A DNA stretch of 34,178 bases from Octopus bimaculoides (lineage: Eukaryota), in assembly GCF_001194135.2 (NCBI RefSeq), contig NC_068993.1:14767530-14801707 (forward strand), given 5' to 3'. Below the pieces are notes generated by a model, which saw nothing but the letters and a program-made list of their open reading frames with translations, was not told the origin of the DNA and did no database searches. A program made the translations under genes and the position numbers. This document shows, one piece after another, positions 1-10,742 of this stretch (positions are counted from its first letter, which is position 1; every line of letters starts with the position of its first letter).

Positions 1-13
1 GGCGGTGGTATCG

Positions 14-45
<32 letters not shown>

Positions 46-72
46 GGTGGTGGTGTTGGTGGTCGTGGTGGC
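1..72. repeat. (GTT)n/(GGT)n trinucleotide microsatellite, truncated by window start
   Basis: Direct reading: gttgttgttgtt...ggtggtggtggt. Confidence 0.95.
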
Positions 73-1137
73 TTTGTGATAATAACTCAATATGATGTCA
101 ATAACTCAATGCAAGAGATTTTTCACAATGTGTTAGATCAGTAACTGTAGACCTGTAGTTTTAACCCTCCAGCAGCTGCTATCATATAAAGTTGACTTAC
201 TTGAACATCACTACGTTAATCTTCTCCCAAAACAACAATACCTTGCTGGATGAAAATGTTCAACCTGATTCATGCAACAGGAACTCCGTTCACGTTTCAT
301 CATTTGAAAAAAATGTTAGCATTGTTGTATAGTTCCTGAAAACATATCGGCACACTGTGTCAATACGCCCCACAGTAGAATCATAATGTAACACAATTGC
401 CCTACAGCGATTCCATCCCTTTAGCTATTTCAAGTTAAGATATGTATTACATTTGAAACCTTAGTTCTCTTAGAAAATGAAGCTGTGATAATTCTCTGGC
501 CATATTACATACATGCATGCTAACAGATATCACATATCAGGCATCATTTCACATGTCATGACAAAATTGACAATAGCGTACTAATTATAATCATACCAAA
601 TTACTCTAATGTTGTGTAGAAGCGACGTGAAAGGTAAAGTAATTACATTAAGCGATGTCCTCATTTAAGCATATAGCAATTAAGGAATGTGGACGAATAA
701 GGAAAATATTCAGATGTGCTTGGTGCATGAAATATTAGTTACAAGGTGGATTCTACAAGAAGTAGACGAAACTCTAAGATAGCAAAAATGAATATATAAA
801 TAATAAATAAATAAATGAATGTAATAAAAAAATCAAACCACATTACGAAAAAGACTGATATACAATGCTAGCATACTAGCTTACTATTATAACTTTATTA
901 GTCACAGAAAGACAACGTCATGGTCATACAGGCTTCTATAGATGGGAATAGCAAGGTCTTGAATGAAACTGTTAAAAACAAGCGTAAATTAATAAGGGAC
1001 ACGAACAAAGCAAACATAAGTCATTGTTTCTGACCTTCAAAGAAAAAAAAATCATATAAAATCAACAAAAGAAGCAGTTTTGAAGAAAAATGAAGAATTC
1101 TCAGAAAAATGAGTAAATATTTAGAAAACTGAATATT

Positions 1138-1343
1138 TGCAGAATCGTAGGCACGCCGGACAAAATGATTAGCGGTATTTCGTCCGTCTGTATGATCTGA
1201 GTCCAATTTCACCCGAGGTCGACTTTGCCTGATATCCTTTCCGGGTTGACAAAATAAATATCAGTTAACTAACGGGGTCGATGTAAGCGACTTACTCCGT
1301 CGCCAGAAATTGCTGGTCTTGTGCCAAAATGTGAAATCAATGT
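1138..1343 (+). mobile_element. tRNA-derived SINE, family A copy
   Basis: gcagaatcgtaggcacgccgga...tctgagtccaatttcacccgaggtcgactttgcc...ggggtcgatgtaagcgactt...gtgccaaaatgtgaaatcaat. It is collinear with the copies at 19832, 28801 and 28992, with degenerate A-box and B-box-like motifs in the head. Confidence 0.9.
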
Positions 1344-1606
1344 TCTATTGCTGCATTTTATCAAAACCTTCCCAGAGAAAACTATAAGTAGCATGCGATG
1401 AAAGTGAGTACATCAAATGCTTGAGGATTGTGGTGAATAAATCAACCAAGCAGGCCCTGCCCATATTTAAATAAACGAGAATACATTTACAAGTTTGTCT
1501 GTATGAAAGCATTTTCAGTCTTTGGACGATCTTCCACCACCACTAACACCATAATGAAATATGGACAAAGTAAGGTGACATTGACATCTACTAACCATTG
1601 ACGATG

Positions 1607-1670
<64 letters not shown>
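1607..1670. repeat. (AAT)n microsatellite
   Basis: Perfect run of about 21 units. It explains the poly-Y and poly-L ORFs 1487-1696 and 1515-1751. Confidence 0.97.
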
Positions 1671-1671
<1 letters not shown>

Positions 1672-2194
1672 GTCGCTGTAATCCTAAATATCCCACTCTT
1701 CACAGACACGCATATCGATTTTAATCCATAGAATGTTTTTGTGATGGACAACTACAAACGGAAGTGCCCTCAAATCAACATGCCTATCCAACCGACATTT
1801 TTATCTTTAAATAAAACTGAGAAGATATCCAAAGATTAATATATTCAGATAACAATAACGAATGATGAGCCTGTGTACAGCAACAAATCCCTCCTAGAAG
1901 GAGCCGCCTTTGGAATTATAAACGAAGTAAACTATTCAGATAAATGCATATAAAATCTTAACCGTTATGGAAATACACAGAGCTTGAATAAAATAGAAAG
2001 CACTAGAAACACTCTATACATGTATAGAGCACTCTCGAACACCGATTATAACATATGCATACACACACAAAAAAACAAGAATCAAACAAAAGGCGCCATG
2101 TACCCAAATCACACATAAAGTTTCACTAGCCTCTGTAGTGAAGGCACGCAATAAAAAGGAAAATTTAAAAAAAGAAAATAAGGCGGTTGCAATA

Positions 2195-2326
2195 ACAACA
2201 CTACAACAACGACAGCAACAACAATAAGAATAACAACAAGAGCAATAAAAATAGCAATAATAATATAACAACAAAAGCAGTAATGATGATGATGATGATG
2301 ACGATGATGATGATGAGGATGATGAT
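2195..2326. repeat. Imperfect (ACA)/(ATA)/(GAT)n trinucleotide tract
   Basis: acaacaacgacagcaacaacaataag...gatgatgatgatgacgatgat. Confidence 0.85.
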
Positions 2327-2734
2327 ATCGAAAAACTATAAGAAATTAAAGCGAGTTCTGATGGTTATCAACAGGTTATGAATATTAATGTGAAATCTAT
2401 TCATGATTTCCAAGGAACTCATTAATAACTAAAACGCCACCAATGGGTAATAAGCAATTTATTTTTATTTTTTAAATATTTATTTAAATTTAGTTAATTT
2501 ATTTCTTCATTTTTCTTTTTTTCTTTTGCTTTGTTATCTCAAGTGTTCTTTTTTATTATTTGTTTCTATTTCAACTCTAGCCCTCACCCCCTTTTCTCAT
2601 ATAAACACAACTACGCAAAAATCTTGCTTTATAATCAATTTTCCTTAGAGATTATAAATATAGTTCAATATATTTAAATATCTTCTAGGAAAAATGGATC
2701 GAATTGAAACATGTGACACCAATGTATAAGCAAA

Positions 2735-2885
2735 AATAATAGCAACAACAACATTAATATTGATAACAACAATGAAAACAATTACGACGACGATGATGAT
2801 GATAATGAAAATAATGATATCGATTATGACAATGATGATGCGCGTTTTAAAGTTATTCATGACCGCAATGATGATAGTGCTGGTG
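2735..2885. repeat. Imperfect (AAC)/(GAT)/(GAC)n trinucleotide tract
   Basis: agcaacaacaac...acgacgacgatgatgatgataatg. It explains the Ile/Val-rich ORF 2645-2860. Confidence 0.8.
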
Positions 2886-2979
2886 GTATATTAAGTAGCT
2901 TATAATAACAATAAAGAAAAAAATATTATGCGAAAGGTATTAATATTGAAGATGCATTTTATATTTCATTTGTCGTATG

Positions 2980-2981
<2 letters not shown>

Positions 2982-3057
<76 letters not shown>
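2982..3057. repeat. (TTA)n microsatellite
   Basis: Perfect run of about 25 units. Confidence 0.97.
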
Positions 3058-3344
3058 CATTGTATTTTGATATTTTATATATTTCTTTACAGTGTTTCCT
3101 TTCCTTCTTTGAATTATAGAATATGAACCTGCAAGAATATGTATGAGTTTTCATACGGCGTACACACACAAAAAGAAAAAAAAAATACTGCCTTTATAAT
3201 ATTTGTTTAATTTTCACATAAAATATTACTCTGGTTTAGTATCCAAATATTCTATGGATTAATTTTATTTACATATCTATTTTCTACTGCTTTAACAAAC
3301 AATTGCTGAGTACCTACCATATTTTTGAAAGAATAATTTGCATA

Positions 3345-3519
3345 AATCTATCTATCTATTTATCTCTCTCTCTCACTCTCCCTCTATATATATAGATGGA
3401 GAGTGAGAGGGAGAGAGAGAGAGATACTACTCAGAACTGTTGATTCACTTCTGCACCGCCCATCACTTTTTCTCAGGAATTCTTTTATATTAAAATCATG
3501 TATATATTTATATGCATAC

Positions 3520-3592
<73 letters not shown>

Positions 3593-3640
3593 AGGCGCAC
3601 ACACATGCACATAGATAGATAGATAGATAGATAGATAGTT
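3345..3640. repeat. Compound microsatellite cluster (ATCT)/(CT)/(AG)/(AC)/(AT)/(AGAT)
   Basis: Direct reading of 3345-3425 and 3528-3638. Confidence 0.9.
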
Positions 3641-5747
3641 GACATAGTCATTATTTTATTGGGCAGAGAAGAATGAAAGGCAAATTTGACCTCACTGTGA
3701 TTTGAAACTACTACGTACAATGTTGCAACACATTTATTTGACTGACACTCCAACGATTCTGTTAGTTATGTGATGAGTAATAGATATATGCAAAACTTGT
3801 TTTATAATATTTTATGTTACAATAATATATAATTTTGTTTGCAAAATTAGCTTTCATTTTATAAATTTACATAAGCAAAAAAAATTATAAATGTTATATT
3901 AAAATTATCTTATCTATGCCATATTTCCTGGCATTACCTATGTTGCCAGAAGTATGGTTTTAAAGTTACCTGTTATCTGAAAAATATACATAATTTTATT
4001 ACTTACAATTGCCGAATGTATATGTAACAGTGCAAAGTCGAGATACAGAGAAAACAGGAATACAAACGGCGCTTTCAATCAAGAAAAATATATCCTTTCA
4101 ACAAGAAATATAAAGGAGCATGGCTAAAGAGCTAAAAATAAATAGATCAAACAAGAAACGTGCCCCACAGAATAGAGGGGCAAAAACAAAATAGTCGAGA
4201 CGACCTTTACACCACGTCAGATATTTCTAAAAATCCAAATACTATACTCAGGTTTTGTCACACTACCACAGCTACATAGTTAATCTTAGTCACTCGAGCA
4301 ACATCCTTTTTACCCTTCTCACACACTTTTTTTCGATAAATAAATAAATAGCTGAAGGGCAGTACTTGTTTATGTCCCCTCGAGTACGTTTTAAAATTGT
4401 ACTAGGAAATTGAGAAGAGATTATTTTGAAGACAAAGCACTTTTGCCAGATATAAACTGCATTTTCGAAGCAACTTCCGTCGCTATAGCCCCCAGACAGA
4501 GAAAGACAAACAATTATTAAAGAGCAAGGAATTTGTTAAGCAATTCGATATTAAGTGAACATTCCTCCACAACGCTGCAAATCTTGTCATTTCCGATAAG
4601 CCCGATTCCAAAAGTCGGTGGTATCATCGGTCTACGCTGACAAAGTTTATTGTGTCTAAGTAGATTTCGCTATCCAACGTAGCAAGCCATCTCGCAACGA
4701 GTTCCAATACCCGCTGTTCTTTCAGACACTTTAGACTAATTAAAAATATTCAGAGTCTCACAGGAGTAAGATTTGATGTCGATGCCTCAAAAGGAGCTTT
4801 TTAATGAATGATTTCGTAGTTTTTGTATATAGACTAAAAAAAAACTTACTAGATAAGATGGATGAGGACCACATATTCATATGTTATGTATCTACCTAAT
4901 GTAAACCTTAGTTTGCTAGAAAAGCAAGAGGAAGTAATAGGGGAGGTATTAGCTAATCAAAAGTTTCTAGAATGCTTTTAGTGATTTGACAAATAGACGG
5001 TTATGTGATTTGGGGACATTATGCAATAATTTAAGAGAATTTATAGATGGTTAGGGGTTGTAAGTGACATTATGCGATTAGGGTAAGATATTCTGAAGAC
5101 GTTAAGTAAAAAGATTAAATTAAAAACGAGAGATAAGAAATAGGGGAGATAAAAAAGGGGGAATATAGGGAGAACTAAAACTGATAGGTGGAAGAATAAC
5201 GAAATTAAATTTTAATTAATTGAAGGAAGTTATAAAAAACAATATGTGATTAGCAATATATAATATAAAGTATTTGTGAAGTTTTTAATATTTTAACGTT
5301 ATGGCTAAGATTAGGCTATATAGTATACTTAGGTGATTCTAAAGTAGGAATTTAATTAAAGATTCACTCGTAAAAAAGGTCATATCTTAAAGAAGCTCAT
5401 ATCGAAAAGAAGCACATATAAGTATACATATACATATGCATGTATCTCATTTTGTATACGTATGCGAGTAAACTCACAATATATTCAGATAGAACAATTA
5501 AGTATTAAAGAGTTAAATAATATTATGAGTATAAGCATATGGGTTATAAGTATATCTCTAATAAGAAATGGTATTAAGAGTGTGTTACTAAATAATATTT
5601 AGAGAGTATATAGGTAATACTTGTGCGATTGGAACATTGAAAGACAGGATTGTTATTAACAAATATGATTAAGGTGGAACGTATGTAAAACCAGAGTTGT
5701 TAGGACTATATAGAATATATCATAGTATATTATAGTATATTATATTA

Positions 5748-5782
<35 letters not shown>

Positions 5783-5788
<6 letters not shown>

Positions 5789-6336
5789 TTAGAAATGCAG
5801 AGACGCCTATAATAGGACATCTACTCGCTAGAAATAGCAGCAAAAATACTACATACCACAAAAGTTAGGGATAATTTCGAAAGGAAATGAAAAATAAAAA
5901 CTTTTACCAATCTATATTCTGTACCATGGTTTCAAGTCAATTTTAGTAAGNNNNNNNNNNNNNNNNNNNNNNNNNNNNNNNNNNNNNNNNNNNNNNNNNN
6001 NNNNNNNNNNNNNNNNNNNNNNNNNNNNNNNNNNNNNNNNNNNNNNNNNNNNNNNNNNNNNNNNNNNNNNNNNNNNNNNNNNNNNNNNNNNNNNNNNNNN
6101 NNNNNNNNNNNNNNNNNNNNNNNNNNNNNNNNNNNNNNNNNNNNNNNNNNNNNNNNNNNNNNNNNNNNNNNNNNNNNNNNNNNNNNNNNNNNNNNNNNNN
6201 NNNNNNNNNNNNNNNNNNNNNNNNNNNNNNNNNNNNNNNNGAAATTATCCCTAACTTTTGTGGTATGTAGTATTTTTGCTGCTATTTCTAGCGAGTAGAT
6301 GTCCTATTATAGGCGTCTCTGCATTTCTAATGAATA
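5783..6336. repeat. Perfect 96-bp inverted repeat (5783-5878 / 6241-6336) flanking an N-gap
   Basis: 6241-6336 is the exact reverse complement of 5783-5878. The right arm begins at the first base after the gap, and the left arm begins at the end of a (TA)n run. Confidence 0.9.
5951..6240. other. Assembly gap (290 N)
   Basis: N run. Confidence 1.
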
Positions 6337-6431
6337 ATACATAGTCTATTGACTGTTTTTACTCTCGCTAGGCCACTGGTGGTAAATAAAATTTCTAAAA
6401 TTTTCTTTGCCACCCTATAATGTATTAATAA

Positions 6432-6476
<45 letters not shown>

Positions 6477-7258
6477 AAACATGTATGTATGTACATATAT
6501 ACATGTATATATGTATATAACAAAAGAAAAATGACTGAATAAATATCATCGAGATATCTAAATAGTCATGACAGTGGACATTGAGATGTCTGCATATGCA
6601 AGGCATGTAGTTTATTATAGGTACGATTATATGTAGCAATAAAGGGACAAAGCAGACTATAAATATGTGATATGGTTCCTGATGTTTGTGTATTTAAACA
6701 ATAAGTGAATTATTTAAAAGCGGACACGTATTGTTGTTTTAATGAGACGGAGAATATTGCATTGATAAAAAGAAAGTTTGAATGCATAAATGACATAAAA
6801 ATAGAGGGCGCTCTCGAGATTAACCAGTTGATATTCAATCAAATGGAGCGGTTTATGACGATGGTTAAAGGAAGTTTATAGTTGGTATAAGAAGTGTAAT
6901 CTTTTCATAATATATTTCGAAAAAATTATGATTACTTGGATCATTAGGGTTAATGCTGAAGACGATGGAGTGATCTTGTTTCTTCGAATTTGAATTCATG
7001 AGCAAGGAAATTTTGTTATAAAGCTTGTGCAGTTTATAACATTGTATATGTTATGTCAAATACTTTGAGATTAGAGGAAATTGAATATTTATGCCTTCCA
7101 GACAAGCTTAGCAAGTTGGGTAATTGTGCTTGAAGTGAAAATTGAAATATGATTAAAGTATATTTTACTAATACATACGAGATATCTCCCAACCTACACG
7201 ACAAAACAAACATTTACATAATATCACGAATTTGCATACATTCAAATACGTCTAAAGG

Positions 7259-7296
<38 letters not shown>

Positions 7297-7985
7297 NNNN
7301 NNNNNNNNNNNNNNNNNNNNNNNNNNNNNNNNNNNNNNNNNNNNNNNNNNNNNNNNNNNNNNNNNNNNNNNNNNNNNNNNNNNNNNNNNNNNNNNNNNNN
7401 NNNNNNNNNNNNNNNNNNNNNNNNNNNNNNNNNNNNNNNNNNNNNNNNNNNNNNNNNNNNNNNNNNNNNNNNNNNNNNNNNNNNNNNNNNNNNNNNNNNN
7501 NNNNNNNNNNNNNNNNNNNNNNNNNNNNNNNNNNNNNNNNNNNNNNNNNNNNNNNNNNNNNNNNNNNNNNNNNNNNNNNNNNNNNNNNNNNNNNNNNNNN
7601 NNNNNNNNNNNNNNNNNNNNNNNNNNNNNNNNNNNNNNNNNNNNNNNNNNNNNNNNNNNNNNNNNNNNNNNNNNNNNNNNNNNNNNNNNNNNNNNNNNNN
7701 NNNNNNNNNNNNNNNNNNNNNNNNNNNNNNNNNNNNNNNNNNNNNNNNNNNNNNNNNNNNNNNNNNNNNNNNNNNNNNNNNNNNNNNNNNNNNNNNNNNN
7801 NNNNNNNNNNNNNNNNNNNNNNNNNNNNNNNNNNNNNNNNNNNNNNNNNNNNNNNNNNNNNNNNNNNNNNNNNNNNNNNNNNNNNNNNNNNNNNNNNNNN
7901 NNNNNNNNNNNNNNNNNNNNNNNNNNNNNNNNNNNNNNNNNNNNNNNNNNNNNNNNNNNNNNNNNNNNNNNNNNNNNNNNNNNNN
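7297..7985. other. Assembly gap (689 N), preceded by (AT)n
   Basis: N run. Confidence 1.
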
Positions 7986-8136
7986 TATCTACATATTTTT
8001 GTTATCCAATATATTATGAAACTTTATTTCGATATTAAGAAGCATTTACATATATGCAAATGTGCTTATACATGAATACGTACAGTGTCTCTCTAATTAT
8101 CTCTCTCTATATGTACGTATGCATATGTATACATGC

Positions 8137-8137
<1 letters not shown>

Positions 8138-8197
<60 letters not shown>

Positions 8198-8225
8198 CAC
8201 ATACATACATACATATACATATATA
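8138..8225. repeat. (AGAT)n(ACAT)n microsatellite
   Basis: Direct reading. Confidence 0.95.
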
Positions 8226-8306
8226 TTCCATTAATATTGTGTCTGAGCCGGATCAACCTACAGCCAAAGGCTTCTTAAGTTAGATAACTACTTCAGCTTT
8301 TGTAAA

Positions 8307-8861
8307 ATGTGCATCATTTTTATGTGTGCTAGTGTAAAATTTTTCGATAATTGTATGTCAAATACTAACGAAACTATTCCAATATCAGCTGATTTTGGAA
8401 AGGAACTCACATTTGGAAGTAATACCAAGTATTGTGCTTCTTTGTATAAAAAGAAAGAAAATGTCTTCAAATTGAACCGATGCGGGTTCCATTATAAAGA
8501 GGAGTCGCAAAAATGTTATGCTAGTTTGATGTAGAGAGACAACGTCAAAAATATGTGGAAGCGTTTACCTGAGTGTATGAACTCGACTGTTTGGTTCATA
8601 CTCAGTTATAGTAATCAAGAAAGGATGACAATGAACTTAGACCCATGTATCCAACGTGCACCTAAATACCGTCAGTTATCGTTGTTGGTATGCTTTGGTA
8701 GTCTCGTTGCGATTGGATTTATTTTGTTGTACCCATTTACTATGAGTTCAGGTGAGGCTACGAGGAAGCGGGCAAACTTCAAGTATCCACACAGTTATGC
8801 TAATACTCTAACCGTCAATTGTGAATCCTTCAAAGGATTTACCATTAACAAATTTATTTGA
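8307..8861 (+). pseudogene. Candidate single-pass membrane glycoprotein frame with one internal TAG (8532-8534); pseudogene, exon(s) or recoded gene
   Basis: ORFs 8307-8534 and 8553-8861 are in the same frame, which is open from 8247 to 8861 except for one TAG. The translation has a Cys-rich N-terminal part, sequons NET and NST, a 21-aa hydrophobic segment LSLLVCFGSLVAIGFILLYPF and a downstream RKR. No family was recognised with certainty. Confidence 0.35.
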
Positions 8862-9627
8862 CGTTAAAACATATTTATAGAAGCGGATATTTTTGTGTAT
8901 ATTCCAAAGAATGAATATGTGGAGTAAATATTCCGTTTAAATAGTACTCCAATTGTGTCCAGTCATACTTATCCATACTTTCATTGGTAACAGTAATTCC
9001 CCTATGCCAATACTGAAAAAAGACCGTGCGTTTGTCATTCAAACTTTCATTTTGTGCTATTTTATTTATGTAAGTCTTCTGCTAAATTAGAAATTATACA
9101 CAGTATGGTGTCTGCGTAACTCAAAAGACTTTGAAATATGCCGCACTAATTTAGCTTATATGCTGAAGAACATATTACGCGAGTGGTCTCTATGAATTTA
9201 CAAGGCAAAAGAGAAGGGACAACAGGCGGGTATTTAGTAATGATTAACTGACGTGCGTTTCAGCAAGTTTCCTTAATTTTAATCGCGAATTTTCGTTCTA
9301 GTATCTTCTATCGCCCCCTACATTAAATGCTCTGCCATATATATCCGCTTTGTTCAAGAATTACCTTCGGAAAGTTTTTAAATTCATAGCCATGTGTTGG
9401 ATGTGTTTCAGAGTTACTGTAAATGAAGTTCAGAAGAGTGTCGGTACTTTAGCCCGAAATATATGTCTCTGTTTCTCCTAGTTTCGATGTCGTTAATTGT
9501 GTATGTATTTTTGTTTATTTTTCTTTTTATGTGAGAACAAGTGATGTATGATATATATATATATATATATGTATGAATGTATGTGTGTAAATATACAGGT
9601 TTACAGGAACGCACACATACACACACA

Positions 9628-9802
9628 NNNNNNNNNNNNNNNNNNNNNNNNNNNNNNNNNNNNNNNNNNNNNNNNNNNNNNNNNNNNNNNNNNNNNNNNN
9701 NNNNNNNNNNNNNNNNNNNNNNNNNNNNNNNNNNNNNNNNNNNNNNNNNNNNNNNNNNNNNNNNNNNNNNNNNNNNNNNNNNNNNNNNNNNNNNNNNNNN
9801 NN
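9628..9802. other. Assembly gap (175 N) between (AC)n and (AT)n runs
   Basis: N run. Confidence 1.
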
Positions 9803-10271
9803 ATATATATATATATATATATATATACGTAGATAGACAGATAGATAATAAATAAAAAGATACACACGTACGTATGTACATACGAGCACAAATTCATATC
9901 AGCATATATACATACAAACACACTTACATAAACATAAATTCATATTTTGTGGAATGTGAATATATAAAGTGTTGCATCTAATGGCATTTGTATTGTGTTT
10001 AGATAGCCCGTGGAAATTTTGCCGACAGCATTTTGTCTGCTGTTTTAGTGTCATTTGCTTTGTATTATATGTAGTGTTCTTTGTTTCCATATAGGAAATG
10101 TTGTGAAAGAACTCTAAAACATCAAATAATACATATGTATATAGTATAAGATCGTATGTGGCTTTGCTTTCCTTAATGAACAATCGTTATGTGACATGAA
10201 TGCAGTAGAAGTTTTGTATATAGTTTACAGCAATGCATATAATTATGTTAATATTTCTGTGTGTCATAAAC

Positions 10272-10463
10272 CGGCAAGATAGCACAATCGTTAGCACACC
10301 GTCTGTAGATTCTGAGTTCAAATTCTGAGTTCAGGTCCAGTTTGCCTTTCATGTTTTCGGAGGACGATAGCAATTACTACCAGCGGAATACTGCGATCGA
10401 GATAATCGACTTACCGTCTCAACCGAAATTGCTGGATTTGCCTCACAATTGAAAATTAATATT
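10272..10463 (+). mobile_element. SINE family A, diverged, with internal deletion (first of a tandem pair)
   Basis: gcacaatcgttagcacacc...ttctgagttcaaatt...tttgcctttcat...aatcgacttacc...gaaattgctgg. Confidence 0.8.
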
Positions 10464-10467
10464 TCTG

Positions 10468-10674
10468 TGGCTGAATCGCTTGTACGCTGGTCAGAATGTT
10501 TAGCGGCGTTTCATCACTTTGTACTTTGTGGGTTCAAAATCCGCCGGGTTCGACTTTACATTTCATCCTTTCAGGTTCGATAAAATAAGTACTAGTTGAG
10601 CACTAGGGTTGATATAATCGACATAGCAAGCCCTCGAACTTGCTGGCATTGTACTAACAGTTTAAACCAATATT
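10468..10674 (+). mobile_element. SINE family A, diverged (second of a tandem pair)
   Basis: gctgaatcg...tttagcggcgtttc...gggttcaaaatccgccgggttcgactttacatttcatcctttcaggttcgataaaataagtactagttgagcact. Confidence 0.85.
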
Positions 10675-10742
10675 TCTGTGTATTATATGTGGTGATATAT
10701 AGCCTTCTTTGGTGTAGCTGAAAATACGCCAAGTGCCCACTT

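Noticed and set aside
201-430. Minus-strand exon candidate ending at CAA|GTAAGT (200/201)
   Set aside because: With the best acceptor (ttttcAG at 336-338), all three frames contain stops. Only a 45-nt variant is open, and it has no recognisable product.
1487-3753. ORFs with poly-Y, poly-L, poly-N, poly-I/V and THTH/IYIY runs
   Set aside because: They are translations of (AAT)n, (TTA)n, (GAT)n, (AC)n and (AT)n microsatellites, which lack stops in some frames.
3938-4131. Clustered minus-strand splice-like motifs (7-nt, 32-nt and 125-nt exon candidates)
   Set aside because: The 125-nt candidate is closed in all frames, and the shorter ones are indistinguishable from chance.
4855-5350. NUMT (mitochondrial insertion) as the explanation of the G/C strand skew
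   Set aside because: The frames I translated in the invertebrate mitochondrial code contain TAA/TAG stops, and no mitochondrial gene motif was recognisable. The skew itself is kept as a finding.
6705-6885. About 58-codon frame open on both strands (NYLKADTYCCFNETENIAL...)
   Set aside because: It is short, has no start or splice support, and shows no recognisable motif.
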